Shown here: piece by piece, positions 51,701 to 61,311 of the stretch
Position numbering within the stretch: position 1 is the first letter of the stretch
Layout: every line of letters starts with the position of its first letter
Origin: an uncultured delta proteobacterium
GTDB taxonomy: Bacteria; Myxococcota_A; Polyangia; Palsa-1104
Length of the DNA: 64,000 nt
NCBI GenBank assembly: GCA_963785725.1
Contig: CAWAWS010000033.1
Span: 128,001 to 192,000 of the forward strand
Direction: 5' to 3'
Made by a program: the position numbers and the translations under genes
The notes under the pieces: generated by a model
Database searches by the model: none
Seen by the model: the letters and a program-made list of their open reading frames with translations, nothing else
Told to the model about the DNA's origin: nothing

Positions 51701-54135
51701 TCGAGCTGGCCGCCTTGGTACGCGATCGTCGCCGTGCCGCTGATGACGGCGGCGCCGCCGGGTCCGGCCGTGAACGTGCCGGTCGCGTCGCCGGTGACGT
51801 TGGCGCCGTCGATCTGCAGCGTCGACGCCGTCAACGCCAGCGAGCCGCCGCCGGGCAGCGCCAGCGTCACCGGCGCGCCCAAGTGCAGCGCCGCCTGCAG
51901 CTTGCCGTCCTCGACGCGCACGTCGTCGAAGATCGCCTGCGCCAGCTGCGGCATCGTGAACTTGACGTCTTTGCCGACGACACTGAGCTTGCCGGCGGCG
52001 TAGCTGATCTGCGCCGTGCCGCTCAGTCCCGGCAGATCGATCGGGATCTCGGCGCCGGCGGTGACGGTGATCGTCTTGCCGTCCCAGGTGATCGTCGCCT
52101 GGACGCTGGCCTGCAAGCCGGCGATTTGGATCGTGCCGTTGAGCGTGGCGTTGAAGGTGATGCCGCCCGGCCCGGCGCTCAAGATCGCCGTCATGTGCAT
52201 CGTGCCGCCGGCCAGGCCGTTGTCCATGCGCACGTCGGCGCCGCCGGACAAGGTGACGTCGACGCCGCCGCCCGGCGACGACGCGACGTCGATGACGAAG
52301 TCCGTCGCCTGCACGGGGAAGTCTTTGCTGAGCAGATCGCCGGGCGCGAGGTTGGCCGTGCCTTTGAACCCGTTGGCGTCGAGCTGCACCGACACCTGCT
52401 TGACGACGGCGCCCGGCACGTTGATGGGCACGATCAAGGTGCCCGAGACGGCGCCGCTGGCGTCGACGGTCAGCGTGCCGGCGGTGCCGTGCAGCGCGCC
52501 CGACTCGACGCTCGCCGACAGCGTGCCCGAGTCGACCTTGTCGCCGGTCGCTTTGAACGTGGCCGTGTTGATCTTGAGCGGCCCGATGCTCTGACCGACG
52601 GTGATCTGCTTCTTGCCGTCGCCGATGTCCTGCGCCTGCGGCAAGTGACTCGAGAGATCGAGCCCTTTTTGCAGCACATTGAGCACCCACTTCGACGGCG
52701 TGCCGGCGGCGCCGCCGGCCGGCGCCGCGCCGCCGCCGCTGTCACGCGAGATCGTGCCCGCCGGCGCGCGCTCGCGCACCTGCAGCGCGTTCGCGCCCGG
52801 CGCCGCGCCGCTCGTGACCGCCTGCGCGACGCGATCGGCCTCGTTCTCGACCGCCGATCCCGGCGCCGACAGCGACGCCGAAGCGGCCGGCGCCGCGCCC
52901 GCCTGCTGCGCGACGTGGGTCAGCTCGTGCGCCAACAGCCGCTTGCCCGCCAGCGTCGCCGGATCGTACTTGCCGGCCGCGAAGAAGACGTCCTCACCCT
53001 GCGTAAATGCCGTCGCGCCTAGTCGTTCGGCCTCGGCCGCGGCGTTGGCGTCGTCGTGCACGCGCACGCCCGACAGCGACGTCCCTAGCCGCGGCTCGAG
53101 CTCGGCGCGCACCGAGCTCGGCAGCGGCTTGCCTTGCGCGGGCCCGTTGCCACCGTTCGGGCCCAATCCACCGAGGCGGGCAGCGACGGCGGCGCGCGCT
53201 TCGCGACCGTCGGCGATGCGGCGGCCGCCGAGCGCATGCAGCGCCGTCGCGCGCACGCGGGCGGCATGCGCGTCGCCTTCGGGGCCGAGCAGCGCCTGCA
53301 TTTCACTGCGCGCCGCGCCCCGTTCGAGCAGCAGCACGAGCGCATCGGCCAGCCGGCGCGCCTCGCCCATGACGGCGTCGACGGCGGCATGCGTCGGCTC
53401 GTAGGCGGCGAGCGCCAGCGGCCGCGACGTGATGCGCGGCGCGCGACCGAGCGCCGCCCGCACCGTCATCGACGCGCGCGCGCGCTCGGCGACGAGCGGC
53501 GCCGGCCCGCTCAGCGGACCCAAGCGACGCAAGATCGAGTGCGCCTCCCGCTCGGCGCCTGCCGACGGCGCGCCCGGCCGCGACGACGGCGACGCCGTGC
53601 GCTGCTGCGCCGCGTGGATCGCCTCGTGCACCAGCACCGACGGGCGCGCTTCACCGCTGCCGACGAACACGCGGCGACCGAGCGTGAACGCGCTCGTGCT
53701 CAGCCGTGCCGTCACCAAGTCGACGAGCGGGCTCGTCACCAGCTCGACGTCGCCGAGCGGCTGCGCCAACGCGGCCTCGGCGATGGCGCGCGAATCGGCC
53801 GGCAGCGTCGCGCGCGCCAACGACGCATCGATGCTGTCCAGCCCGACGAACGCTTGCTCCCACAAGCTCGTCGCCAGCGGCGCACCCAAGTCGCGGACCA
53901 GCTCGAGATAGGCGCGCCGGCGCTCGGACGGCGGCAGCCCCTGCCGCAACAGCGCCGCCAACGCCAGCGGATCGGCGCCGCGATCGAGCAGCATGGCCCA
54001 GATGGCGCGCGGCGAGCCCGACTGCCACGGCTGCTCGTCTTCGAGCGCGCGGGCACGACGCGGCAGCGGCTGCGGCCGAGCGGGCGCTGCTACATCATGA
54101 TCGAAGAGCCGCTGCACTCGGTCCGTCCCCCACAC
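42759..54135 (-). CDS. Giant (~3,790 aa) tandem DUF4157 (eCIS-core) protein with long beta-rich body and C-terminal domains
   Basis: HEAIH (53614-53628) and HELTH (52915-52929) in GKPLP..LEPRLG..LSGVRVH..AFTQGEDVFF..LLAHELTHVAQQ..ENEAD context; probable true stop TAA at 42759 (...GANGKKPA*). Confidence 0.85.
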
Positions 54136-54239
54136 GCGGTCAGCGAGGCTGTCCTAGCGTATCCGTCTCAGCAGGTTATCGCCATGCTAAAGAAAAAGTT
54201 GCTAGCGACCTGCGTCACCTCTGCGAGAGCTATCTAAGA

Positions 54240-55073
54240 CTATGAATCTACGTCAGCTTTCCAACCGAGCGAGATCGCCCGCGCGGACCAGCTGGCGGCG
54301 TGATCGGCGGCACTTTCGAGCTGCGTCAGCGCGCCATCTTCGCGATAGAGGCGCGCCAGTCGAGCGGCGGCGGCGGCACTGCCGAGATCGGCGGCGCGCA
54401 TGAGCCAGGCGAGCGCGCGCGCCGTGCCGCCGGGACGCGCGCCGTGCCGCAGGCCGAGGCGAAAGCAGCCTTCGGCGCTGCCGGCGTCGGCGGCGGCCTG
54501 CTCCCAGCGCGCCGCGGCCTCGGGATCGCGCGCGCCGCCGACGCCGTCTTCGAACAGCCGCGCCAGCTCCAGCTGCGCGGCGACGACGCCACGCTCGGCC
54601 GCGACGCCGTAGAGCATGCGCGCGCGCCTCGGGTCGACGGCGACGCCGAGGCCGCGCAAGTGGGCGGCGCCGAGGAGCCAGAAGGCCTGCTCGTCGCCGG
54701 CGGCGGCGGCGCGACGCAGCCAGTCGACGCCGGCGGCGGCGGTCGCCGGCTCGAGCAGCAAGAGGCCGCCGAGCGCGACGGCGGCGGCGGCGAGCGCGGC
54801 GTCGGCGGCGCGTTCGAGGTAGGCGAGGCCGCGCGCGCGATCGACCGGTCCACCACGGCCGGCGAGCATCATGAGGCCGACGGCGAGCGCCGCGTGCGGG
54901 CTGCCTTGGTCGGCGCCGAGCTGCATGAGGCCGCGCCCTTCACCGACGGCGACGGCATCGTCGCAAGCGGCGAGCTCGCAGGCGGCGATGTACAGCCGCG
55001 CGGCGCGCCGATCGTCGTCGGGCTCGACGAGCGCAGCTTCGGCGTCACGGCGCAGCTTGTCGAGATCGGGCAC
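54240..55073 (-). CDS. Sel1-like repeat protein
   Basis: GRGGPVDRARGLAYLERAA, GLGVAVDPRRARMLYGVAAERG, AQLELARLFEDGVGGARDPEAAARW. Confidence 0.88.
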   Translation of the reverse strand: MPDLDKLRRDAEAALVEPDDDRRAARLYIAACELAACDDAVAVGEGRGLMQLGADQGSPHAALAVGLMMLAGRGGPVDRARGLAYLERAADAALAAAAVALGGLLLLEPATAAAGVDWLRRAAAAGDEQAFWLLGAAHLRGLGVAVDPRRARMLYGVAAERGVVAAQLELARLFEDGVGGARDPEAAARWEQAAADAGSAEGCFRLGLRHGARPGGTARALAWLMRAADLGSAAAAARLARLYREDGALTQLESAADHAASWSARAISLGWKADVDS

Positions 55074-55155
55074 GCCGCGAGAATACGGCGAGCGGCGCGC
55101 GCGTGCCCAGCCTCTTTGTCACGCTTCGTCGCCGAACGTTACATATACTGCCGCG

Positions 55156-55935
55156 GTGTTTTCCGTCGACGTCGACGCGATCGATCTGGCGCCCATCCTC
55201 GAACAATTCGCGCGCGACGGCTACGCGCGCCTCGGCCGCGTCGTCGCCGACGAGACGCTGGCGGCGCTCGGCACGCGCGTCGACGACATCATGGCCGCGC
55301 GCGTGCGTCACGACGGGCTCTTCTTCCAGCGCGACTCCGACAGCGGCCGCTACGAAGACCTGAAGTACGGCGCCGGCTGGCAAGGACCGTCGCCCGACTA
55401 TCGCAAGATCGAGAAGCTGGAGCTCGATCCGCTGTTTCGCGCCTATATCTGCAATCGGCTGCACGAACGGATCGCGCGCGCCCTCATCGACGGGCCGATT
55501 TCGCTCTATCGCGCCGTCCTGTTCACGAAGAGCGCGACCGGCGGCACGCTCCTGCCGTGGCATCAAGACGGCGGGCTCTTTTGGGGCATCGATCGCATGC
55601 CGTTTCTGCAGCTGTGGACGGCGCTCGACGACTGTCCGCTCGACGGCGGCTGCCTCGAGGTCCTGCCGGGCACGCATCGCGCCGGGCTGACGACGATCCA
55701 AGGCGGCGTCGTGCCCGACGATCGGCTGCTCGCCGTCGACGCCGAGAAGAACGCGCTGCCGCTGCCGGCCAAAGCGGGCGAGATGATGCTCGTTCACAAC
55801 CACTTGTGGCATCGCTCGCTGCAGAGCCACTCGGGCCGGCGCCGCTCGACGCTGTCGGTGTGCCTGATGACGGCGGCGACGCGCTGTCTGCGCAAGAAGC
55901 GGGCGCCGCGGCAGTTCTTTCGCGTCTTCGAGTGA
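55156..55935 (+). CDS. Phytanoyl-CoA dioxygenase (PhyH) family Fe(II)/2OG enzyme
   Basis: PWHQDG, LWTALDD...GGCLEVLPGTH, LWHRS....SGRRR. Confidence 0.9.
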   Translation: MFSVDVDAIDLAPILEQFARDGYARLGRVVADETLAALGTRVDDIMAARVRHDGLFFQRDSDSGRYEDLKYGAGWQGPSPDYRKIEKLELDPLFRAYICNRLHERIARALIDGPISLYRAVLFTKSATGGTLLPWHQDGGLFWGIDRMPFLQLWTALDDCPLDGGCLEVLPGTHRAGLTTIQGGVVPDDRLLAVDAEKNALPLPAKAGEMMLVHNHLWHRSLQSHSGRRRSTLSVCLMTAATRCLRKKRAPRQFFRVFE

Positions 55936-55977
55936 CACGTCACAGTCGGCCGCCGACGGAGCTGCTACTGTCCGTAG

Positions 55978-56665
55978 GTGGATCTCACGCTGCTCGACAT
56001 CGTCGCTCGCACCGTCTGCGGCGTCGTCGGCGTCAGCGCCGTCGGCGTCACGCTGCGGCTGATCGGGCGCAAGGTCAAACGTGACGCCGAGGCGCTCGCC
56101 GAGGTCGGCGAAATGCGCGCCGTCCATGCGGTCCGGCTCGTCAATGTCGTGCCCGACGATTTGGTGCGCACGAGCGGCGTCGCGCTACCGCGGGGCGAGC
56201 TGGTCAAGACGCGCTTCAGCGGCCGCGCCTGCATCGCGCATCAGTGCTCGCTCATCGTCAATCCCGGCGTCGACGCGCGGGTGTTCGAGACCAGCGAGCA
56301 CGGCGAGCTCTATATCGAAGACGAAGGCGCGCGCGCGCTCGTACGAGGCGAGATTCCCGTCATCGCGCTGGTCGACCGCGCCAGCGGTGAATGGACCAGC
56401 GAGACGCTGCCGCCGCACGTTCGCGAGTGGCTGCAAGAGGCGACGGCGTCCGACGAGTGGGAACACTCTCGCCATTTGCGCTGGGTGGAACGCTGGATCG
56501 AGCCCGGCGAGCGCGTCTGCGTCGTCGGCGCCGCGACGCTGCAGCTCGACGAAGGCGGCGGTCGGCGGCGACTACCGGCAATCGGCGGAGCTGTTGACGT
56601 TCGAGACCGCCGACGACGCGCCGCTGTCGGTCAGCAACGATCCGACGCTGCTCGTCACTTCGTGA
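55978..56665 (+). CDS. Membrane-anchored GIDE-like hypothetical protein; +1 frameshift at ~56560
   Basis: N-terminal TM, FSGRACIAH, ERWIEPGERVCVVG, then in the shifted frame GGDYRQ...PLSVSNDP. Confidence 0.6.
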
Positions 56666-58787
56666 GCGGCTGACGAATGATGGCCAGCGCGCGCCCGGGC
56701 AGCTGGTACTTCGCCTCGGTCATCGGCAGATCGCGCTTCGAATCGTCCGACGTATCGAGCTCCAAGCGCCACTGCTCGCCCGCTTCGAGCACCGTCGGCA
56801 GCGTGAACTTCATGGCCTCGTGATGCGCGTTGAACAGCACCAAGATGCCGTCGCCCCAGATGCGCCCGCCCTGCTCGTCCGGCGTCTCGATCGAATCGCC
56901 GCCCAGTAGGACCATCCACGAGCGCACGAAGGGCTTTTGCCAATCCTCGTCGTCCATCTCGGTGCCGTCGGGGCGAAACCAGGTCAGATCCTTGTACGTC
57001 GAGTCCCACACCTGCTCGCCGCGGAAGAAGCGACGCCGCTGCAGCGTCGGCTGGCGACTGCGAAAGTGAATCAGCCGGCGCGTAAACGCGAGCAGCGCTT
57101 TTTTGCGATCGTCGAGATTCCAATCGACCCACGACAGCGCGTTGTCTTGACAATAGGTGTTGTTGTTTCCCTTTTGCGTGCGCCCCATCTCATCGCCGGC
57201 GACGATCATCGGCACGCCTTGCGACACGAACAGCGTCGCCAACAGGTTGCGCATTTGCCGCTCGCGCAGGGCGATAATGCCTTTGTCGTCGGTCTCGCCT
57301 TCGACGCCGCAATTCCAGGCCTGATTGTCGTCGGCGCCGTCGCGGTTCGACTCGCCGTTGGCTTCATTGTGCTTTTGGCTATAAGTGACCAAATCGTGCA
57401 GCGTGAAGCCATCGTGCGCCGTAATGAAGTTGATGCTGGCTTGCGGACGCCGATTCTCGCCTTGATATAAATCGGAGTTTCCCGCCAATCGATATCCCAT
57501 TTCGCCGACCAAATTCTCGTCGCCCTTCCAAAAGCGGCGCACGGCGTCGCGGTATTTGCCGTTCCATTCGCGCCACGGCACGGGCAGATTGCCGACTTGA
57601 TAGCCGCCCATGCCGACGTCCCAGGGCTCGGCGATCAGCTTGACGCGCGACAACAGCGGATCTTGCGTCACGATCTGAAAGAACGACGAATCGCGCGCAT
57701 ACTCGCCTTTGCCGGTACGCCCGAGCACCGTCGCCAAGTCGAAACGAAAGCCGTCGACGTGCATCTCGCTGACCCAATAGCGCAGCGAATCCATGACGAA
57801 CCGCGCCGTCTGCACGTTCGAGGTATTGAAGCTGTTTCCGCAGCCGGTAAAGTCGAGATAATGCCGCTTGTCCGGCATCAACCAATAATAGCTGGCGTTA
57901 TCGATTCCCTTGAACGACAGCGTCGGCCCGAGATGATTGCCTTCGCAGGTATGATTATAAACGACGTCGAGGATGACCTCGATTCCGGCGGCGTGCAGCG
58001 CTTTGACCATCGTCTTGAATTCTTCGACTTGAATACCGGGCTGCGAGCGACTCGAATAGCGCTGATCGGGTGAAAAGAAATTGAGCGTGCTGTAACCCCA
58101 ATAGTTGGTCAGCTTGCGCTCTTGCAAGAAGGAATCGGTCGGAAATTCGTGCACCGGCAAGAGCTCGATGGCGGTGACGCCGAGCGTCTTCAGGTGCTCG
58201 ATGATCGCCGGATGGGCCAGGCCACGATAGGTCCCGCGCAGCTCTTTGGGCACGTCGGGATGCAGCTGCGTCAGGCCTTTGACGTGCGCTTCGTAGATGA
58301 CCGTCGTTCGCCACGGCAGCTCGAGCCGCCGATCGTTACCCCAATCGAACTCGTCGCTCACGACGACGCTGCGAGGCATTCCCGGCGCGCTGTCGCGGCT
58401 GTCGATGTCGAGATCCTGCCGCTTGCGCTTCGGATCGTAGGACAATAGAGGCTTCGACCAATCGGGCTGACCCCACACCGACTTGGCGTAGGGATCGACG
58501 AGCAGCTTGGCCGGATTGCAGCGATGGCCGTTGTCGGGATCGAACGGACCGTGCACGCGCAAGCCGTAGAGCGCCCCGGAGCGCACGCCGCGCGCATAGC
58601 CGTGCCAGATGTAGTCGGTGGCCTGCGGCAGGTCGAAGCGGCCGATCTCGCGCTGCGGATCGTCGGGATCGTAGAGGCAGACCTCGACGCGGGTGGCGAC
58701 GCGCGAGCTGACCGAGAAGTTGGTGCCGTCGGCGTCGGGCGTCGCGCCGAGCGGAAACGGCCGGCCGGCAAAGACGGCGAAGCTCAT
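56655..58787 (-). CDS. glgX: Glycogen debranching enzyme (GH13 isoamylase)
   Basis: GRPFPLGAT..GTNFSV, NYWGYSTLNFF, ILDVVYNHT, VDGFRFDLA, LIAEPWD, INFITAHDGFTL. Confidence 0.97.
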   Translation of the reverse strand: MSFAVFAGRPFPLGATPDADGTNFSVSSRVATRVEVCLYDPDDPQREIGRFDLPQATDYIWHGYARGVRSGALYGLRVHGPFDPDNGHRCNPAKLLVDPYAKSVWGQPDWSKPLLSYDPKRKRQDLDIDSRDSAPGMPRSVVVSDEFDWGNDRRLELPWRTTVIYEAHVKGLTQLHPDVPKELRGTYRGLAHPAIIEHLKTLGVTAIELLPVHEFPTDSFLQERKLTNYWGYSTLNFFSPDQRYSSRSQPGIQVEEFKTMVKALHAAGIEVILDVVYNHTCEGNHLGPTLSFKGIDNASYYWLMPDKRHYLDFTGCGNSFNTSNVQTARFVMDSLRYWVSEMHVDGFRFDLATVLGRTGKGEYARDSSFFQIVTQDPLLSRVKLIAEPWDVGMGGYQVGNLPVPWREWNGKYRDAVRRFWKGDENLVGEMGYRLAGNSDLYQGENRRPQASINFITAHDGFTLHDLVTYSQKHNEANGESNRDGADDNQAWNCGVEGETDDKGIIALRERQMRNLLATLFVSQGVPMIVAGDEMGRTQKGNNNTYCQDNALSWVDWNLDDRKKALLAFTRRLIHFRSRQPTLQRRRFFRGEQVWDSTYKDLTWFRPDGTEMDDEDWQKPFVRSWMVLLGGDSIETPDEQGGRIWGDGILVLFNAHHEAMKFTLPTVLEAGEQWRLELDTSDDSKRDLPMTEAKYQLPGRALAIIRQPLTK

Positions 58788-59001
58788 CGGTTGGTGGCCT
58801 GAGCGGTCGTTGCGTAAACAAAAGACATGCTCTGGATTTCTGCACGCCCTGCGCCGTGACAAGCCGCGTCGACGCGAAGAATCGTCGTAACGGCCGACGT
58901 GTACGCGTTGCAACTCGCGCGAACGTCACTACAACCCGCGTAGAACAAGTGCGCGCGGCGTCGAATGAGCTTCCTCGCTGGGCTGAACACATGAGGCTTC
59001 G

Positions 59002-60603
59002 ATGGAGAGCGCGCGCTTGAACAGAGAGCCGAGCAAGCCCGTGGTCGCCGCGATCGACGGTGACGGCGACGAGACGGGCGAGGCCGCGGCCGCTTGGCGA
59101 CAGGCCCGCGCCACGGTGCGGGTGCTGGCGATCGGCTTGGCCGCGATCGCGACGGTGTACCTCGCCTACGCGCTGCGCGGCATCGTGCTGCTGGTCGTCT
59201 TATCGACATTTTTCGCGTATTTGATGGCGCCGCTCGTCGATCGCTTGCACGGCCACGGCCGCCGGCTCGGTCGCGGCTCCGCCATCGCCCTCATCTACTT
59301 GGCGCTCATCGCCGCCTTTGCCGGCGCCGGCTTCGTGCTCGTGCCGCGGCTCGGCGATCAGCTGGCGACGCTGGGCAAAGCCGCGCCGTCGTACATGGCG
59401 CTCGAGCGACAGGGCGCGCGCAGCCTCGACGGCTGGTACGAACGCGCGCATCTGTCGGCGGCGACGCGCGGGGCGCTCGACAGCGCCCGCGTGCACGTCA
59501 TCGACGGGCTGTCGCGCAAGCTCGAGGTCGTCAGCGCCGAGCTGCTCGACAGCCTGCGTTTCCTGCCGTTTTTGGTGCTGATTCCCGTCATCGCCTTCTT
59601 CCTGCTGAAGGACGCCGCGCTGTTTCGGCGCGCGGCGCTGGCCATCTTGCCGCCCGGCCGCGTGCGCTGGCGCGGCGGCGACTTCCTGAACGAGGTCAGC
59701 TCGACGCTGGCCTTTTTCATTCGCGCCCAGCTGCTCGCCTGCTCGTTCATCGGCATCGTCTGCACCCTCGGCTTCGTCGCGCTCGGCGTTCCGTACGCGC
59801 TCGTGCTCGGCGGCCTGGCCGGCCTGTTCGAGGTCGTGCCCGTCATCGGACCGGCCGTGACGCTCGTCGCCGCGCTCGCCTTCGCCGGCAGCCGCTCCCT
59901 GCCGACGGCGCTCGCGACCCTGTGCTTCCTCGGCAGCCTCCGGCTCGTGCACGACTATCTCGTCTATCCGCGCCTCATCGCGCGCGGCATCAAGCTGCAT
60001 CCGCTGGCGATCATCCTCGCCGTCTTGTGCGGCTCGACGCTGAGCGGCTTGTGGGGCGTCTTTCTGGCGATCCCGGCGACGGCCATTTGCTGCATCAGCT
60101 GGCGCTATTTCCGGCTCCATCTCGGCACCGAGGGCGTCGTCGCCGAGCTCATCAGCCGCGAGATGCCGAACGAACGGCCGGCGATCGTGGTCGCGCCGGC
60201 GCCGCTCGACGCGCCCGGCCGGCTCGGCGGGCTGAAGGTGCTGCTCGTCGACAACGACGACGACGCGCGCCAGCTGCTGACGGCCGTGCTCGAACGCGAA
60301 GGCGCGCAAGCGTTTGGCGCGTCGAGCGCCGCCGAGGCCATGCTGCTCCTGCGCTCGACACGCCCGCACGTGCTCATCAGCGACCTCGGCATGCCCGGCG
60401 AAGACGGCTTCGACCTGATGCGGCAGATTCGCGCGGCGACGGCCTTCGGCGAACCGATGATTCCGGCGGCGGCGCTGACCGGCTACGCCACCGACGAAGA
60501 TCGCGCGCGCGTCCTCGACGCCGGCTTCCTCTTGCACGTGCCGAAGCCGGTCGATCCGGCCGAGCTGACCCGCGTCGTGTCGTCGCTCGCCCGCGGCCAC
60601 TAA
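59002..60603 (+). CDS. AI-2E family transporter fused to a C-terminal receiver (REC) domain
   Basis: FAYLMAPLV, FFLLKD, AGLFEVVPVIGP, YPRLI..GIKLHPL, GVFLAIP; then VLLVDNDDD...LISDLGMPGEDG...ALTG...KPVD. Confidence 0.9.
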   Translation: MESARLNREPSKPVVAAIDGDGDETGEAAAAWRQARATVRVLAIGLAAIATVYLAYALRGIVLLVVLSTFFAYLMAPLVDRLHGHGRRLGRGSAIALIYLALIAAFAGAGFVLVPRLGDQLATLGKAAPSYMALERQGARSLDGWYERAHLSAATRGALDSARVHVIDGLSRKLEVVSAELLDSLRFLPFLVLIPVIAFFLLKDAALFRRAALAILPPGRVRWRGGDFLNEVSSTLAFFIRAQLLACSFIGIVCTLGFVALGVPYALVLGGLAGLFEVVPVIGPAVTLVAALAFAGSRSLPTALATLCFLGSLRLVHDYLVYPRLIARGIKLHPLAIILAVLCGSTLSGLWGVFLAIPATAICCISWRYFRLHLGTEGVVAELISREMPNERPAIVVAPAPLDAPGRLGGLKVLLVDNDDDARQLLTAVLEREGAQAFGASSAAEAMLLLRSTRPHVLISDLGMPGEDGFDLMRQIRAATAFGEPMIPAAALTGYATDEDRARVLDAGFLLHVPKPVDPAELTRVVSSLARGH

Positions 60604-60669
60604 TCCCGACCCAACAATCCGAAAGCAGTAGTGTTTTTGATTTGGAGCGAGGCGCCGAAGCGGCGGAGG

Positions 60670-60993
60670 TTAGGGCATGCGCAGCGAGACGGCCGCGCCG
60701 TACGCCGTGTCACGCTCGACGGTCGGCGCGAACAGCGGCAGCACGACGACGGGGCCGCGCGCGTAACGCGCGATGGCCGGCGCGCTGCGATCGAGCACGC
60801 CGAACGCCACTTCCTTCAGATCGATGATGTCGCTCTGCTCCAGCATCGCCGTCGCCGCCACCAGCGAGCCGCGCGACTTCGCCGTCGGCATATAACGTAA
60901 GTCGACCGCTACCACGGCTTTCGGCGGCGCCGGCACGATCGGCGCGCCATGCGACAGCGACCCCAGCGCGAGATAGGCAAACAGCGGCAGCAT
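60670..60993 (-). CDS. Small exported hypothetical protein
   Basis: Signal-like MLPLFAYLALGSLSHG; AAGGGTGG RBS; possible sigma54 box TGGCGAAGCGCTTGCA at 61103-61088. Confidence 0.6.
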   Translation of the reverse strand: MLPLFAYLALGSLSHGAPIVPAPPKAVVAVDLRYMPTAKSRGSLVAATAMLEQSDIIDLKEVAFGVLDRSAPAIARYARGPVVVLPLFAPTVERDTAYGAAVSLRMP

Positions 60994-61235
60994 CGGTCAG
61001 CCACCCTTCGCGTGGCGCGGAAGCGCCGTCGTCGTCGCGTGGAAGAGCCGGAAATCGTTGCTACGGCATCGCATGACGAGAGTGCACTGCAAGCGCTTCG
61101 CCAGCGCCGGCTCCCGTCGACGACGCGGGTTCGACAGCGCCTTGTGCCGGCGAATACACGCTCCATGGGCGCGCTTAGGGAACCAAAGTTCCACTAACGA
61201 GCCCAAACGCGCTTTTCCTTCGCTCGGAAAGTCTA

Positions 61236-61270
61236 CTGACACAAGGCTGTCAGGAGGGCGGCGCTAGGCT
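61236..61270 (+). promoter_or_regulatory. Palindromic operator CTGACA-N6-TGTCAG followed by -10-like TAGGCT
   Basis: Perfect 6-bp inverted repeat 61236-61253; TAGGCT at 61265-61270; upstream of GST. Confidence 0.65.
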
Positions 61271-61311
61271 GTCTTCGTTCGGCAGCCACGACCACTCACC
61301 AGGAGATGACC

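Noticed and set aside
47680..53022. Very long alternative-frame ORFs (e.g. 47680-53022 +, 34310-37738 +, 42772-46074 +, 22895-25795 -, 62045-63865 -)
   Set aside because: Antisense or shifted shadows of real genes in high-GC DNA; Arg/Gly-rich with no recognisable motifs.
42037..54135. 4,032-aa DUF4157-histidine kinase fusion shown in the ORF track
   Set aside because: The junction reads as out-of-frame Arg-rich text (MRRRAAARRWRR). Restoring two single bases near 42842 and 42820 regenerates the upstream GGGNAPAGGGA repeat and ends at TAA 42759, so the fusion is most likely an indel artefact. Reads are needed to be certain.
57300..58150. Lower-GC patches in glgX and around 38500-39150 as foreign DNA
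   Set aside because: Reading frames are continuous, with no mobility genes or boundary repeats; the shift is modest and I did not quantify it.
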